A DNA stretch of 60,415 nucleotides from Nitrospira sp. (lineage in GTDB: Bacteria > Nitrospirota > Nitrospiria > Nitrospirales > Nitrospiraceae). Both the position numbers and the translations under genes were made by a program. Positions 1 to 8,849 of this stretch are shown in pieces. Below the pieces are notes generated by a model, which was not told the origin of the DNA, did no database searches, and worked only from the letters and a program-made list of their open reading frames with translations. Within the stretch, counting starts at the first letter, position 1. Each line of letters opens with the position of its first letter. The stretch is taken from contig JABMDK010000008.1 of NCBI GenBank assembly GCA_015903995.1, forward strand, positions 20,975 through 81,389. Reading direction: 5' to 3'.

Positions 1-333
1 CAGGCTCAAGAGGCCTGCGGTTCCAGCCAACGCATGGTCTTTCACGATCGGTACGCCACAGGCCTTGACGCTTTCCGTCGCTCCGAAGACCTCTGCGCAT
101 CCGCAGGAGGCGCCTTGTACGACGTCACGCACGGCATTGTAGAGACCATTGGCTGGGTGCGAGAGCTTGGTCAGTTCAGCTGGCCATCTGGTGCCGGTGC
201 CATTAAAGACAACAGCAACTTCGTCGCCCTTCTGTTTGCATTCTGCCGCCAGCGCGAGGGCGTTGAGGACTCGCCCAAGCGCTTCTTCGGAACCGCTCTT
301 CGGATCGGACAGAATGATGATCGCTGTTTTCAT
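1..333 (-). CDS. DsrE/DsrF-like protein (runs off left edge)
   Basis: Own translation from ATG at 333: MKTAIIILSDPKSGSEEALGRVLNAL...VAVVFNGTGTRW...GASCGCAEVFG. Not in the ORF track. Confidence 0.7.
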   Translation of the reverse strand, partial: MKTAIIILSDPKSGSEEALGRVLNALALAAECKQKGDEVAVVFNGTGTRWPAELTKLSHPANGLYNAVRDVVQGASCGCAEVFGATESVKACGVPIVKDHALAGTAGLLSL

Positions 334-415
334 GGGATCTCTTTTGAGAAATGACAGCCACGAGATTGTGGAGGTCTGTTGAGTTCTGTGTTGCTCACTC
401 TATCCGGTCGTTATG

Positions 416-430
416 GCAAGCCCAGTGCCG
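416..430 (-). promoter_or_regulatory. sigma54 -24/-12 promoter of the DsrE-like gene
   Basis: Minus strand reads CGGCAC-TGGGC-TTGC, ~80 bp upstream of the ATG. Confidence 0.75.
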
Positions 431-528
431 CGTGCGGAGATATCTAGAGAAATAGGACAAGTACTGATGAAACAGGGAGTTTTCTCGCTAGTCGCGACTA
501 GATGAAGCGGAAGGAAAGAGAGGAGCCT

Positions 529-562
529 CCACGAAATCTCGTGGAACTACGATATCTCGTGG
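529..562. promoter_or_regulatory. Tandem near-palindromic enhancer (UAS) sites
   Basis: CCACGAAATCTCGTGG (529-544) and CTACGATATCTCGTGG (547-562), ~100-130 bp upstream of the sigma54 promoter. Confidence 0.65.
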
Positions 563-584
563 GGATGGAACGTTCTATTCGTGG

Positions 585-2171
585 CTATGCAGTGGGGCGA
601 GACTTTTTGATGCCGAGTTTCTGCATGCGTGAGCGGAGGGTGTTGGGATGGAGGCCCAGCCGAGTCGCGGCGCCCTGCTTCCCTTCGATGACCCAACTCA
701 CGTCCTGAAGAACGCGGAGGATGTGGGCTCGTTCAACCTCTTCCAGGGAATCGGCTACCGGCAACAGCGGGGCGGAGTTCCCCTGAAGCATCACATCGTC
801 GATCTGAAGCATTGGTCCTTTTGCGAGGATGGTGGCCCGTTCAATGACATTTTCCAACTCCCGGATGTTGCCGGGCCAGGCATACTTGGCGAGTCGATCC
901 ATGGTCGATTGTGACACCCCGTCGATCTTCTTCCCCATCTTTTGTGAGAACTTGGCGATAAATCGGGCGACCAAGAGGGGGATGTCTGAGGCACGAGCGG
1001 ACAGGGGCGGCACTTCGACTGGAAAGACATTCAGCCGGTACAGAAGATCGGCCCGGAAGGAACCGGCCTTTACCGCCGCATGGAGGTCGCGATTTGTGGC
1101 GGCAATGACTCGCACATTCACTTTGATTGAATGGCTGCTTCCGACCCGTTCGACCTCCCGTTCCTGTAACACCCGCAACAGTTTGACCTGTGCGTCCAGT
1201 GGCAATTCTCCGACTTCATCCAGGAAGATGGTCCCGCCGTCCGCCAACTCAAATCGGCCGATGCGGCGTTGTACTGCCCCGGTGAAGGATCCCTTCTCAT
1301 GTCCGAAGAGCTCGCTTTCGACTAGATTCGCGGGGATCGCTCCGCAGTTGACCTTCACCAGCGAGCGAGCTTTTCGTGGGCTCAGGTTGTGAATGGCCCT
1401 CGCCATCAATTCCTTGCCGGTGCCGGTATCACCCCGGATGAGGACCGTCGAATCCATCGGGGCGACCTGTTCGATCTGTCGGAGCACCGCCATGATGCTC
1501 GGACTCTCACCGATAATCTCCTCGAAATTGTGCTGAGACTTCACCTCTTCACGGAGGTAGAGGTTTTCCGCCTCCAGACGATTCTTGAGCTGTGCGACCT
1601 CCGTAAAGAGTTGCGCGTTCTTGATCGCAATGGCGGCTTGGTTGGCAAAGATTGCCAAGCGCTCGAACTCCTCCTCGCGTAGAGGCCTACGCCCGAACAT
1701 GGCGATGACGCCCAGCAGCTCCCAGCGGAACTTCAGCGGGTAGCCGGCAAAGGAGCGGAGGCCATTGTCTGTCATCCACTGTTTGTTCGGCAGCCGGTCG
1801 TCGGCGAGTATGTCGTTTGTGTGCATGGCTCCGAAGCCTTGCGCGATCTTTCCGATCTTGAGCGCCCCCAATGGAATCCGGCGATACTCTCCGTTGAGAT
1901 CGGTATAGATCCCCGCGCTCGCCTCCAGGTGCAGGCAACGAGCCCGATTCGTACAGGCTGTCGCTTTGTGACAAGTGGTGCAGAGATCGCCTGGACCGAG
2001 CAGCCAGATGCGGGCGAAGGCGCCGTCAAGCTCGTCAACGAGTCCTTGCGTGATGGTGGTGAGCACTTCTTGAAGGTCGAGACTCGATGCCATCTGGAGG
2101 GCGATGCGCTCCAATATGTTGTGAGAATTGGAAGAAGGAGGGGAAGGGGGCGAAGAAGGGGAATTGTCCAT
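585..2171 (-). CDS. sigma54-dependent activator, GAF-AAA+-Fis HTH (FhlA/NifA-like)
   Basis: GDTGTGKE Walker A, GSFTGA loop, FLDEVGE, WPGNIRELEN, C-terminal HTH. Confidence 0.95.
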   Translation of the reverse strand: MDNSPSSPPSPPSSNSHNILERIALQMASSLDLQEVLTTITQGLVDELDGAFARIWLLGPGDLCTTCHKATACTNRARCLHLEASAGIYTDLNGEYRRIPLGALKIGKIAQGFGAMHTNDILADDRLPNKQWMTDNGLRSFAGYPLKFRWELLGVIAMFGRRPLREEEFERLAIFANQAAIAIKNAQLFTEVAQLKNRLEAENLYLREEVKSQHNFEEIIGESPSIMAVLRQIEQVAPMDSTVLIRGDTGTGKELMARAIHNLSPRKARSLVKVNCGAIPANLVESELFGHEKGSFTGAVQRRIGRFELADGGTIFLDEVGELPLDAQVKLLRVLQEREVERVGSSHSIKVNVRVIAATNRDLHAAVKAGSFRADLLYRLNVFPVEVPPLSARASDIPLLVARFIAKFSQKMGKKIDGVSQSTMDRLAKYAWPGNIRELENVIERATILAKGPMLQIDDVMLQGNSAPLLPVADSLEEVERAHILRVLQDVSWVIEGKQGAATRLGLHPNTLRSRMQKLGIKKSRPTA

Positions 2172-2252
2172 CGTGGGATCTCCGAGCCGGGCTTCGCCCA
2201 GGGTGGAGGACGATAAGTCCCTAATAGAGGATTGTCAATCAGCAGGGGGGAG

Positions 2253-2348
2253 GGAAGGGTAGCCCGGTCGTCCTCCTGCTCGCGGAACGCGCACGATAGG
2301 AATGTGCTCGTTCGACGCGCGCAATCGAGGATCAACCAGGCTTCCCTT
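2253..2348 (+). repeat. Palindromic dispersed repeat, family A
   Basis: Imperfect hairpin AAGGGTAGCCCGGTCG...CAACCAGGCTTCCCTT; inverted copy at 7413-7505. Confidence 0.85.
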
Positions 2349-2456
2349 GAAAATAAAGTAGAGGATTGTTGGGATAACGTGCGCAGTCAAGGGCAACCTG
2401 ACCACTCACTTGAAGTGCGGTTCAGAGGAGAATCGGAACCTCACTCGAAGGTTGCT

Positions 2457-2669
2457 TTACAGATCTTCTGGTTTGAGACCTGTCACCTTGGAGAGGCGGG
2501 CCAACATACGCGGACCGATTTCGTCGCGATCATGAAAAGCGAAAACGACATCAGGCCATCCTGTCCGTTGTAGAATTTTATGAGAACCGGTCGTTCGTTT
2601 GATCTGCCAACCGATGCGGAGGAGTCCGGAGAGAACACGAGAAGCTTGAGTCGACGGCCAATGGCTCAT
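2457..2669 (-). CDS. hicA: HicA-family toxin
   Basis: 70 aa, GW..KR.TGSH motif, overlaps hicB stop. Confidence 0.85.
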   Translation of the reverse strand: MSHWPSTQASRVLSGLLRIGWQIKRTTGSHKILQRTGWPDVVFAFHDRDEIGPRMLARLSKVTGLKPEDL

Positions 2670-2887
2670 GCCGCAATAAACGAGACGTTCAGCAGCTCCT
2701 CAGGTACCGCCTCGTTATGTTCGAGGCGATCGGCCATTGCACGAAGAGCCAAGGCTTGGACAGCCGCCAGTGCAGCACCTTTCGTTTGCCCATAGGCCAT
2801 CACGCCAGGGAGTGACGGGACATCGCCGATCCAGCGGCCATCCTCCTCTTGTTCTAACTCGATCTTGAACTGAGTAACCTTTGCCAT
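2666..2887 (-). CDS. hicB: HicB-family antitoxin (short)
   Basis: EQEEDGRWIGDVPSLPGVMAYGQT motif. Confidence 0.85.
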   Translation of the reverse strand: MAKVTQFKIELEQEEDGRWIGDVPSLPGVMAYGQTKGAALAAVQALALRAMADRLEHNEAVPEELLNVSFIAA

Positions 2888-2959
2888 TGGTATCCGGTAC
2901 GTTGTTTGACTAGCACTAGGCTAAGCCCCAGTAGGTGGAAAATCAAGTAGCTTTCCGAA

Positions 2960-3030
2960 GGGGGAAAGGGAGCGGCCTGGTGCCTTCTTACTCACAGAAC
3001 ATGCACAATAGGAGCAGCTGCCTTGGACAA
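2960..3030 (+). repeat. Degenerate partial family A repeat
   Basis: CCTTCTTACTCACAGAACATGCACAATAGGA resembles TCCTCCTGCTCGCGGAACGCGCACGATAGGA. Confidence 0.5.
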
Positions 3031-3082
3031 GAGCGTGTCTCCGTGCGCTCGGGGTTGGGCGAGTGACACAACTGTACCTGCT

Positions 3083-3518
3083 CTAACACGATTGTTGTGC
3101 CAGGATGTCGAGGGTCTTTTGGTCAGGCCTGCCGTCGAAGTATTTGAGCAGGGCGGATTTGAAGAGGGTGTTGTTGGTGGCAGCGGTCAGAAGCAAGGTT
3201 ATGCAGGACCGGAATTTGAGGTAGTCGGGTTAACCGAAGATCTCGTCAGCGCTGCGCCCACTCACGTCTAGCACAAGCTGGGTACATTCTCGGAGTCTTT
3301 TCCCTAAGATTAGGGTGTTGCAGATAAGCTTTGGCCTCATCGAGTGAACCAATGGCGAACTGCTGCGCCATTGCGCTGTGTCCAAGACCGGTGATCTGGG
3401 GAAAAATAAACCAGATCCAGTGACTGGACTTTCTCCCGGTCCGAAGCTCAGCGAGGACTGTGTCATACATGTGCTCCTGCGCGTCGAGAAAGCGTTGGAG
3501 GTTGTAATCGTCGCTCAT
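3083..3518 (-). pseudogene. DUF1810 family protein, copy 1, frameshifted near 3300
   Basis: GRKSSHWIWFIFPQ motif; aligns with 4553-4996 and continues in another frame to a stop at 3083. Confidence 0.85.
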
Positions 3519-3519
3519 A

Positions 3520-3592
3520 AGCTATCCGCGGCTAAGTACATTCTTTCCAGGACGATATCATGCCTGGCACTGTCGGATTGCAAGGCCGGACA
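3520..3592. repeat. Conserved block upstream of DUF1810, copy 1
   Basis: Near-identical to 4998-5070 (TTCTTTCCAGGACGATATCATGCCTGGCA...GGATTGCAAG). Confidence 0.85.
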
Positions 3593-3644
3593 CTCCTACT
3601 CGGCCAGGCCGTCACTCTTTCCTGGCCGACTCGCCAGTGTGTGA

Positions 3645-3684
3645 TTGACAGCTCAGCGTCATCGCGTATATGGTTGCCATATAC
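3645..3684 (+). promoter_or_regulatory. brnTA promoter/operator
   Basis: TTGACA at 3645 and palindrome GTATATGG-TTG-CCATATAC at 3666-3684. Confidence 0.6.
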
Positions 3685-3699
3685 AAAATAAGGCATGAG

Positions 3700-4020
3700 A
3701 TGACGCGACTGCCGGGTGTGGAAGGGTTTCATTGGGACGAGGCAAATCTTGCTAAGAATTGGGAGAAGCACCGGGTTACTCCGTGGGAATGCGAGCAGGT
3801 TTTCTTCAATCTGCCGCTGGTGGTGGCCGATGACCTCGCCCATTCTACGGTGGAGCCTCGATATTACGTGCTGGGACAGACTGATGCCGGACGCCGCTTG
3901 TTTATCGTCTTCACCATCCGTCGACGGCGCATCCGCATTATTTCAGCTAGAGATATGAGTCCCAAGGAGCGGAGGACGTATCGTGACCAAACTCAAAAAA
4001 AGACCGACGTTCAAGAGTGA
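3700..4020 (+). CDS. brnT: BrnT-family toxin
   Basis: FHWDEANLAKNWEKHRV...VFTIR...IRIISAR. Confidence 0.9.
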   Translation: MTRLPGVEGFHWDEANLAKNWEKHRVTPWECEQVFFNLPLVVADDLAHSTVEPRYYVLGQTDAGRRLFIVFTIRRRRIRIISARDMSPKERRTYRDQTQKKTDVQE

Positions 4021-4273
4021 GAAGCAGGAAGCTGAGTTTTGGGCGTCACATGACTCAACGGAGTATGTCGACTACTCCAAGAGTCGTCGGATGGTGTTTC
4101 CCCGGTTGAAGCCGTCCACCGAGACGATCTCGCTTCGTCTGCCGAAATCCCTCTTGGATCAACTCAAGACGATCGCAAACAAACGCGACGTCCCGTATCA
4201 GACACTGCTCAAGCTCTTTGTGCTCGAACGCGTCCAGGCCGAGTTGCATCATAAACCCGCCAAAGCCTCTTAG
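3983..4273 (+). CDS. brnA: BrnA/CopG-like antitoxin
   Basis: EAEFWASHD...ISLRLP...VPYQTL; overlaps the toxin gene. Confidence 0.85.
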   Translation: MTKLKKRPTFKSEKQEAEFWASHDSTEYVDYSKSRRMVFPRLKPSTETISLRLPKSLLDQLKTIANKRDVPYQTLLKLFVLERVQAELHHKPAKAS

Positions 4274-4398
4274 CAGGCTGTTGAGGAAGTCCGCCAGCGT
4301 CGTTCTCGCCACGCTCAGAGGCTCAACGTACCCGACAGCGTACGATTTACCTGTTTGCTCGCTGCGGCCTTGCCGGACGGCCTTTCTGAACAGCCTGC
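4271..4398. mobile_element. MITE-like repeat, family B, copy 1
   Basis: Terminal IRs GCAGGCTGTTGAGGAAG / CTTTCTGAACAGCCTGC; core CTCAGAGGCTCAACGTAC shared with copies at 29901 and 52479. Confidence 0.8.
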
Positions 4399-4552
4399 GG
4401 GCCAATCCGATTCCGCCGGTGAGCTCGAATGCCGCGCGTGTGCGGCATTGTCACCGAGTTGGACAACGCACTGCGAGCGCGCTCCTGATCACGGCGCTCG
4501 CGAGAAACGGGTTTGAACGTGATGAGTGGGGTGGGTCAGAGCGAAAGGGGTT

Positions 4553-4996
4553 CTAGCACCGTGGCATGTTGTGCCGGGCCAAGACGTTCATCGTTAGTTG
4601 GTCGGGCTTGCCGTCGAAGTACTTGCGCAGGGTGTCTTTGAAGATGGTGTTGTCGGTGGCAGCAGTCAGAAATAAGGTCATGCAGGACCGGAATTTGAGA
4701 TGGTCGGGATATCCGAAGATTTCTTCAACGCTGCGACCGTTCACGTCGAGGACAAGCTGCGTACAGGCTCTGAGCCTGGGACCTAAGACCGGGTGTTGCA
4801 GATAGGCCTTGGCCTCGTCGAGCGAGCTAATGGCGAATTGCTGCGCCATTGCGCTGTGACCAAGACCGGCGATCTGCGGAAAGATAAACCACATCCAGTG
4901 GCTGGACTTTCTCCCAGCCCGTAGCTCATCGAGGACTGTGTGGTAGGTGGGCGCTTGGGCGGTAAGGAAGCGGTGGAGGTTGTAAGCGTCGCTCAT
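4553..4996 (-). CDS. DUF1810 family protein, copy 2 (intact)
   Basis: 147 aa, KSSHWMWFIFPQ, LKFRSCMTLF. Confidence 0.9.
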   Translation of the reverse strand: MSDAYNLHRFLTAQAPTYHTVLDELRAGRKSSHWMWFIFPQIAGLGHSAMAQQFAISSLDEAKAYLQHPVLGPRLRACTQLVLDVNGRSVEEIFGYPDHLKFRSCMTLFLTAATDNTIFKDTLRKYFDGKPDQLTMNVLARHNMPRC

Positions 4997-4997
4997 A

Positions 4998-5070
4998 AAC
5001 TATCTGCGGCCAAGTATGTTCTTTCCAGGACGATATCATGCCTGGCAATGTTGGATTGCAAGACCTGACA
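4998..5070. repeat. Conserved block upstream of DUF1810, copy 2
   Basis: Matches 3520-3592; ends TTGCAAGACCTGACAC. Confidence 0.85.
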
Positions 5071-5194
5071 CGCGTTACTCTTTTGGCGCGCCCCGCCCAA
5101 TTAGCATGACACGTTTTCACAAGTGGTCAGCTTTGTAGCGAAATAATTCAATCCCCGCCACTGTCGGGCCACGCGCTCTGTCTAGATTTTTATT

Positions 5195-5223
5195 TTGACA
5201 AGTGTTGCGTTACAAGCTACAGT
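5195..5223 (+). promoter_or_regulatory. sigma70 promoter of higBA (likely leaderless)
   Basis: TTGACA-17bp-TACAGT, with the GTG start 7 nt downstream and no SD. Confidence 0.7.
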
Positions 5224-5229
5224 CTCCCG

Positions 5230-5520
5230 GTGAAGATACGGAACTTTATTCATAAAGGCTTGCAACGGCTTTATCTGGACGGCAGCGCCAAGGGTGTACC
5301 GCCAGATACCGTGGACAAGCTGCGGAAGATGTTCGCGTTTCTGGAGGTGATGAGCAGTGCCGACGAAGTGCGCGCCCTCACCTCATGGAAGGCGCACACG
5401 TTGACCGGCGACCGTAAAGGCACGGTCAGCTTGAGCGTGACACGCAACCGCCGCTTGACGTTCCGCGTTGATACCGCCGAACAAGAAATCTATGACGTGA
5501 ATTTAGAGGATTATCACTAG
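5230..5520 (+). CDS. higB: HigB (RelE-like) toxin
   Basis: IRNFIHKGLQRL...HTLTGDRKG...SVTRNRRLTF...EDYH. Confidence 0.9.
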   Translation: MKIRNFIHKGLQRLYLDGSAKGVPPDTVDKLRKMFAFLEVMSSADEVRALTSWKAHTLTGDRKGTVSLSVTRNRRLTFRVDTAEQEIYDVNLEDYH

Positions 5521-5537
5521 CACAGGAGTACCAGACC

Positions 5538-5837
5538 ATGCCCATGAAGAACCCGCCGCACCCCGGCGATTTTATCCGAACGGAAATTATTCAACCGGCT
5601 GGCCTGTCCGTGACCGCTGCCGCCGACGTGCTGGACGTGTCGCGCCCTGCCCTCTCGAATTTGTTGAACGGCAAGGCCGACCTGACCGGCGATATGGCCT
5701 TGCGGATCGAAAAGGCGTTCGGCGTCAAAATGGATACGTTGATGAAGATGCAATCCAACTATGACATTGCAGAGACGCGCCGCCGGGAGAAGGAAATCAA
5801 AGGTGTGCGGCGCTTCCATGCGGCGTTGCATCCGTGA
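5538..5837 (+). CDS. higA: HigA antitoxin
   Basis: MKNPPHPGDFI, XRE HTH, MALRIEKAFG. Confidence 0.92.
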   Translation: MPMKNPPHPGDFIRTEIIQPAGLSVTAAADVLDVSRPALSNLLNGKADLTGDMALRIEKAFGVKMDTLMKMQSNYDIAETRRREKEIKGVRRFHAALHP

Positions 5838-5928
5838 CGGCTTCCTTGAGCAGGAGCGCGGAAAGATGAACGAGGGAACGTATAGATGTAATCTGTCCGT
5901 GGCAGACATGAACAAATTAAAACATTTG

Positions 5929-6093
5929 GAGTTGTCGGGGGCAGCAGTCAGAAACAAGGTCATGCAGGAGCGGAATTTGAGATGGTCGGGATAGCCGAAG
6001 ATCTCCTCGGCGCTATGACCATTCACGTCGAGCACAAGCTGCGTACAGGCTCTGAGCCTGGGGCCTAAGACCGGGTGTTGCAGATAAGTCTTG
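5929..6093 (-). pseudogene. DUF1810 internal fragment, copy 3
   Basis: YLQHPVLGPRLRACTQLVLDVNGHSAEEIFGYPDHLKFRSCMTLFLT, both ends missing. Confidence 0.85.
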
Positions 6094-6094
6094 G

Positions 6095-7283
6095 AATTGC
6101 TTGTAAGTCACCATACATGCCGACCGTTGCACCCATTACTCGTTCAATCTGCTCCTCTCGCTTGGCCCATTGCTTGGTGATGGCTTTTTTCTCTCTATCA
6201 AGATCCTCCTGCATCGACGAGAACGCCTCAACAATGGCTTCGACGCGATGGCGGAACCGCGGGCCGGTCAGGTATTGATACACCAGCTCCGTCTTGGTCT
6301 GCTGCCCATCAAGGGCCTGCCGAGCTGAGGCGATCTCGATTAAGGAGTGGCGCAATGCGAGGGCGACAGAGAGCATGGTTCGTGAATGTGTCACCCAGAC
6401 TCCTAAAGGACTCCAGGCCCTTCGGAAGCGTTTGACTCACAATCACAGCGATCTCAGCCTTGGCCGTCCGTTGATCGTCGCGAAGTTTAGCCAGCCAGCC
6501 GTCGCTCCAATTTTTAGTCCGCTTGGATTCCCATAGGATGGTGCCGCAGACTTGGCCGAGAGGGCCGATGACTCGCTGGAGGGCATCGCCGCCGAATTCG
6601 CCTTTGGGCACAGGCTCGATCGTGTCCCTCGGGAACTTGGTCCTGAGCACAGCTTCCAGCTCGAGTTCCTGGACTTCGCCCTGGAGTTGCTGCGAGCCCT
6701 GTTCTGCCCTGCGCTTGAGTTCCTCGATCTGGGTCTGCATGGAGGCGATGGTTTGTTCCTTCTCCATCACCTTGAGTTTGAGTCCTTCCTCCGCTTCTTT
6801 CTTGGCCTGTTCTCGGGTGGCCAACAACCCATCCTGCACCCGCTTTTCGACCGTCAGTTCCAATTCCCGTTTGGCATCGTCCAGCTCGCGCTTCTGTCGG
6901 ATGAGATCGGCCTGGGCTTTCTGAGCCTCGGCGAGTTTAGCGTCACGTTGATTGAGGACTTCCTGAAGCTCGGCCAGTTCTCGTGCCTTCTGATCGATGT
7001 CTGTTTGCAGGGCGAGCTTCGCCTTTTTGGATTCCTCGCTGATAATCTTCGCGCGTTCCGCGACAAGCTTCGCTGCAACCTGATCGTCGATGGCCTGCCT
7101 GGCCTTCGAGACCGCTTCTTCTCGCTCGCGTAGAGACTCTTCTTTCCTGGCAATGTCGGTGTCTTTCAGCGCCAGCCGCTTCTCGTAGTCGCGGCGGGTT
7201 GACTCGATCAAAGGAGCGGCAAGGGATTCGGTCAGCTTGATCTCGGTCTTACAGTTCGGGCAGATGATGATGGGCTCAGACAT
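6095..7283 (-). pseudogene. DUF2130 coiled-coil protein, frameshifted (~6400) and 3'-truncated
   Basis: ICPNCK N-terminus, GSQQLQGEVQELELE, ESKRTKNWSDGW nuclease-like motif; C-part in ORF 6065-6394 joins the DUF1810 fragment. Confidence 0.8.
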
Positions 7284-7412
7284 AGAGTAGTCCCGGTAAT
7301 GCTGGTGTATCTATCGCGACAATTCCTACGCTCAAGGAGTAAATAAAGCAACAGTTCAGAAGGAGGTCATGAGGTAGGTGGGAGGATCATCTCAATTCCC
7401 TATCTCATTTCT

Positions 7413-7505
7413 AAGGGCAGTCTGGTTGATCCTCGATTGCGCGCGTCGAACGAGCACATTCCGATCGTGCGCGTTCTGTGAGCAGGAGGACGACCAGACT
7501 GGCCC
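7413..7505 (-). repeat. Family A repeat, inverted relative to 2253-2348
   Basis: Reverse complement of 2253-2348 with few mismatches. Confidence 0.85.
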
Positions 7506-7515
7506 GCCGCTCCCC

Positions 7516-8598
7516 TTAGCTATACTGATCCCACGTGTCGCACTGTTTGATGGACCAAAACACCGCCTCTTTGAGTTTCTTGAGTGTGATGTTGTCCGGG
7601 TCCCGGATGGCTTGCAGCTTCTTATCCAAATCATAGAGCGGTTGAATCGACCGCTTGTCCGGGATCTTGCCGAGTGCCCAGGCAACCTCCGTCAGGACCG
7701 TCCAGTCCGTCTTCGGATCTTGCAGTTTCGCCAATAACGGCAAGACCACCGATGCGTCACCATGGAGGCCGCCGAGCTGTCCTAAGGATTTTGCTGCCGC
7801 GGCCTGAACCTCCAGCTGCGGTGAGGTGTTCATCATCTCAACGAGTAAAGGGATGCCGTCTCTGCCGAGATTGCCAATGGATGAGAGAGCTTGCTTGGCA
7901 AGATCACGGTCTTTGAGTGCTTCCCTCAACTTCGGCATCGCTGCATCGGCCTGCATTTCGCCAAGGAGGGACATGATCTTAATTTTCCGTGCCTGGCTGG
8001 TGTCTGGAGAATCCAGTAGCTTGAGCAATCGATCGGCATGGCCCCATTCCGCTGCTAATAGCAGAGGAAACTCGTACTTCTCCAAGGCTTCCTGCAGCTT
8101 AGCCATCGCGTAACGGCCGGCATCCGGCGCTTGTGCCGTTTGGGCGGCAGCCACGGCATCCTCGAACTCCGTGCGCACTTCTTTCTGCCACTTAATTTTC
8201 ATCCCGCCGAGCAGGTAGGTTAGCTGACAGGCAGGTCCTTTCCAGAGGCGCGATGGCGCATCGGGAAGATCCGCATCCCCCCCCGTTACCGTCGTGCCTT
8301 CCCAGGTCTTCCGTTGCTCGCATTTCAGACGAAGGACGACATCATGAGACTTCACCGGATCTCGAACGATCACATAACCGATTTCACTGAGGCGTTGAGT
8401 GACGACTTCGGCTAAGGTACCAGCATCCACCCCACCCTTATCTGTGATGGTGAGGACGTCGACGAAAACGGTCTGAATCTTTTCCAGCTGCGCCTTTTGC
8501 TCCGGGGTGAAGTATTCACGGTACGCGGAGGCAGATGAGGGAATCAGGCTCAGTAGGAGACACAGTGTGCAGATCGACAAGGACAATTGTTTTTGCAT
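7516..8598 (-). CDS. Exported HEAT-repeat protein
   Basis: Signal peptide; AAAKSLGQLG and VAWALGKI repeats. Confidence 0.8.
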   Translation of the reverse strand: MQKQLSLSICTLCLLLSLIPSSASAYREYFTPEQKAQLEKIQTVFVDVLTITDKGGVDAGTLAEVVTQRLSEIGYVIVRDPVKSHDVVLRLKCEQRKTWEGTTVTGGDADLPDAPSRLWKGPACQLTYLLGGMKIKWQKEVRTEFEDAVAAAQTAQAPDAGRYAMAKLQEALEKYEFPLLLAAEWGHADRLLKLLDSPDTSQARKIKIMSLLGEMQADAAMPKLREALKDRDLAKQALSSIGNLGRDGIPLLVEMMNTSPQLEVQAAAAKSLGQLGGLHGDASVVLPLLAKLQDPKTDWTVLTEVAWALGKIPDKRSIQPLYDLDKKLQAIRDPDNITLKKLKEAVFWSIKQCDTWDQYS

Positions 8599-8849
8599 GG
8601 CTCACCTCCACCCACTGGTACCGAATCCAGGTATGGGCGGAATCTCTTGAGGAACCGGGCTCCTATGCCGCCGATCGACGTCCAGTATACACCGTATTCC
8701 TTGCCCGGCTGTGTTGACGAGTATCTTGCTCGACCGTGACTGTATCGTATTGACAGCTTATGGGCCGCAGTGCTAATTTTCGCACCTCTGCTTCGTGCCT
8801 CGCACGAACCGTTTAGGTTTGTCAAAATAACGCATGTGGATGTGAAACG

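Noticed and set aside
1772-2573. ORFs sharing ILDCARRTSTF / AHDRNVLVRRAQSRINQ with ORFs at 7378-7737
   Set aside because: Translations of repeat family A, not paralogous proteins
2457-6093. Integron/CALIN interpretation of the TA array
   Set aside because: No integrase and no paired RYYYAAC...GTTRRRY attC hairpins found by eye; genes lie on both strands
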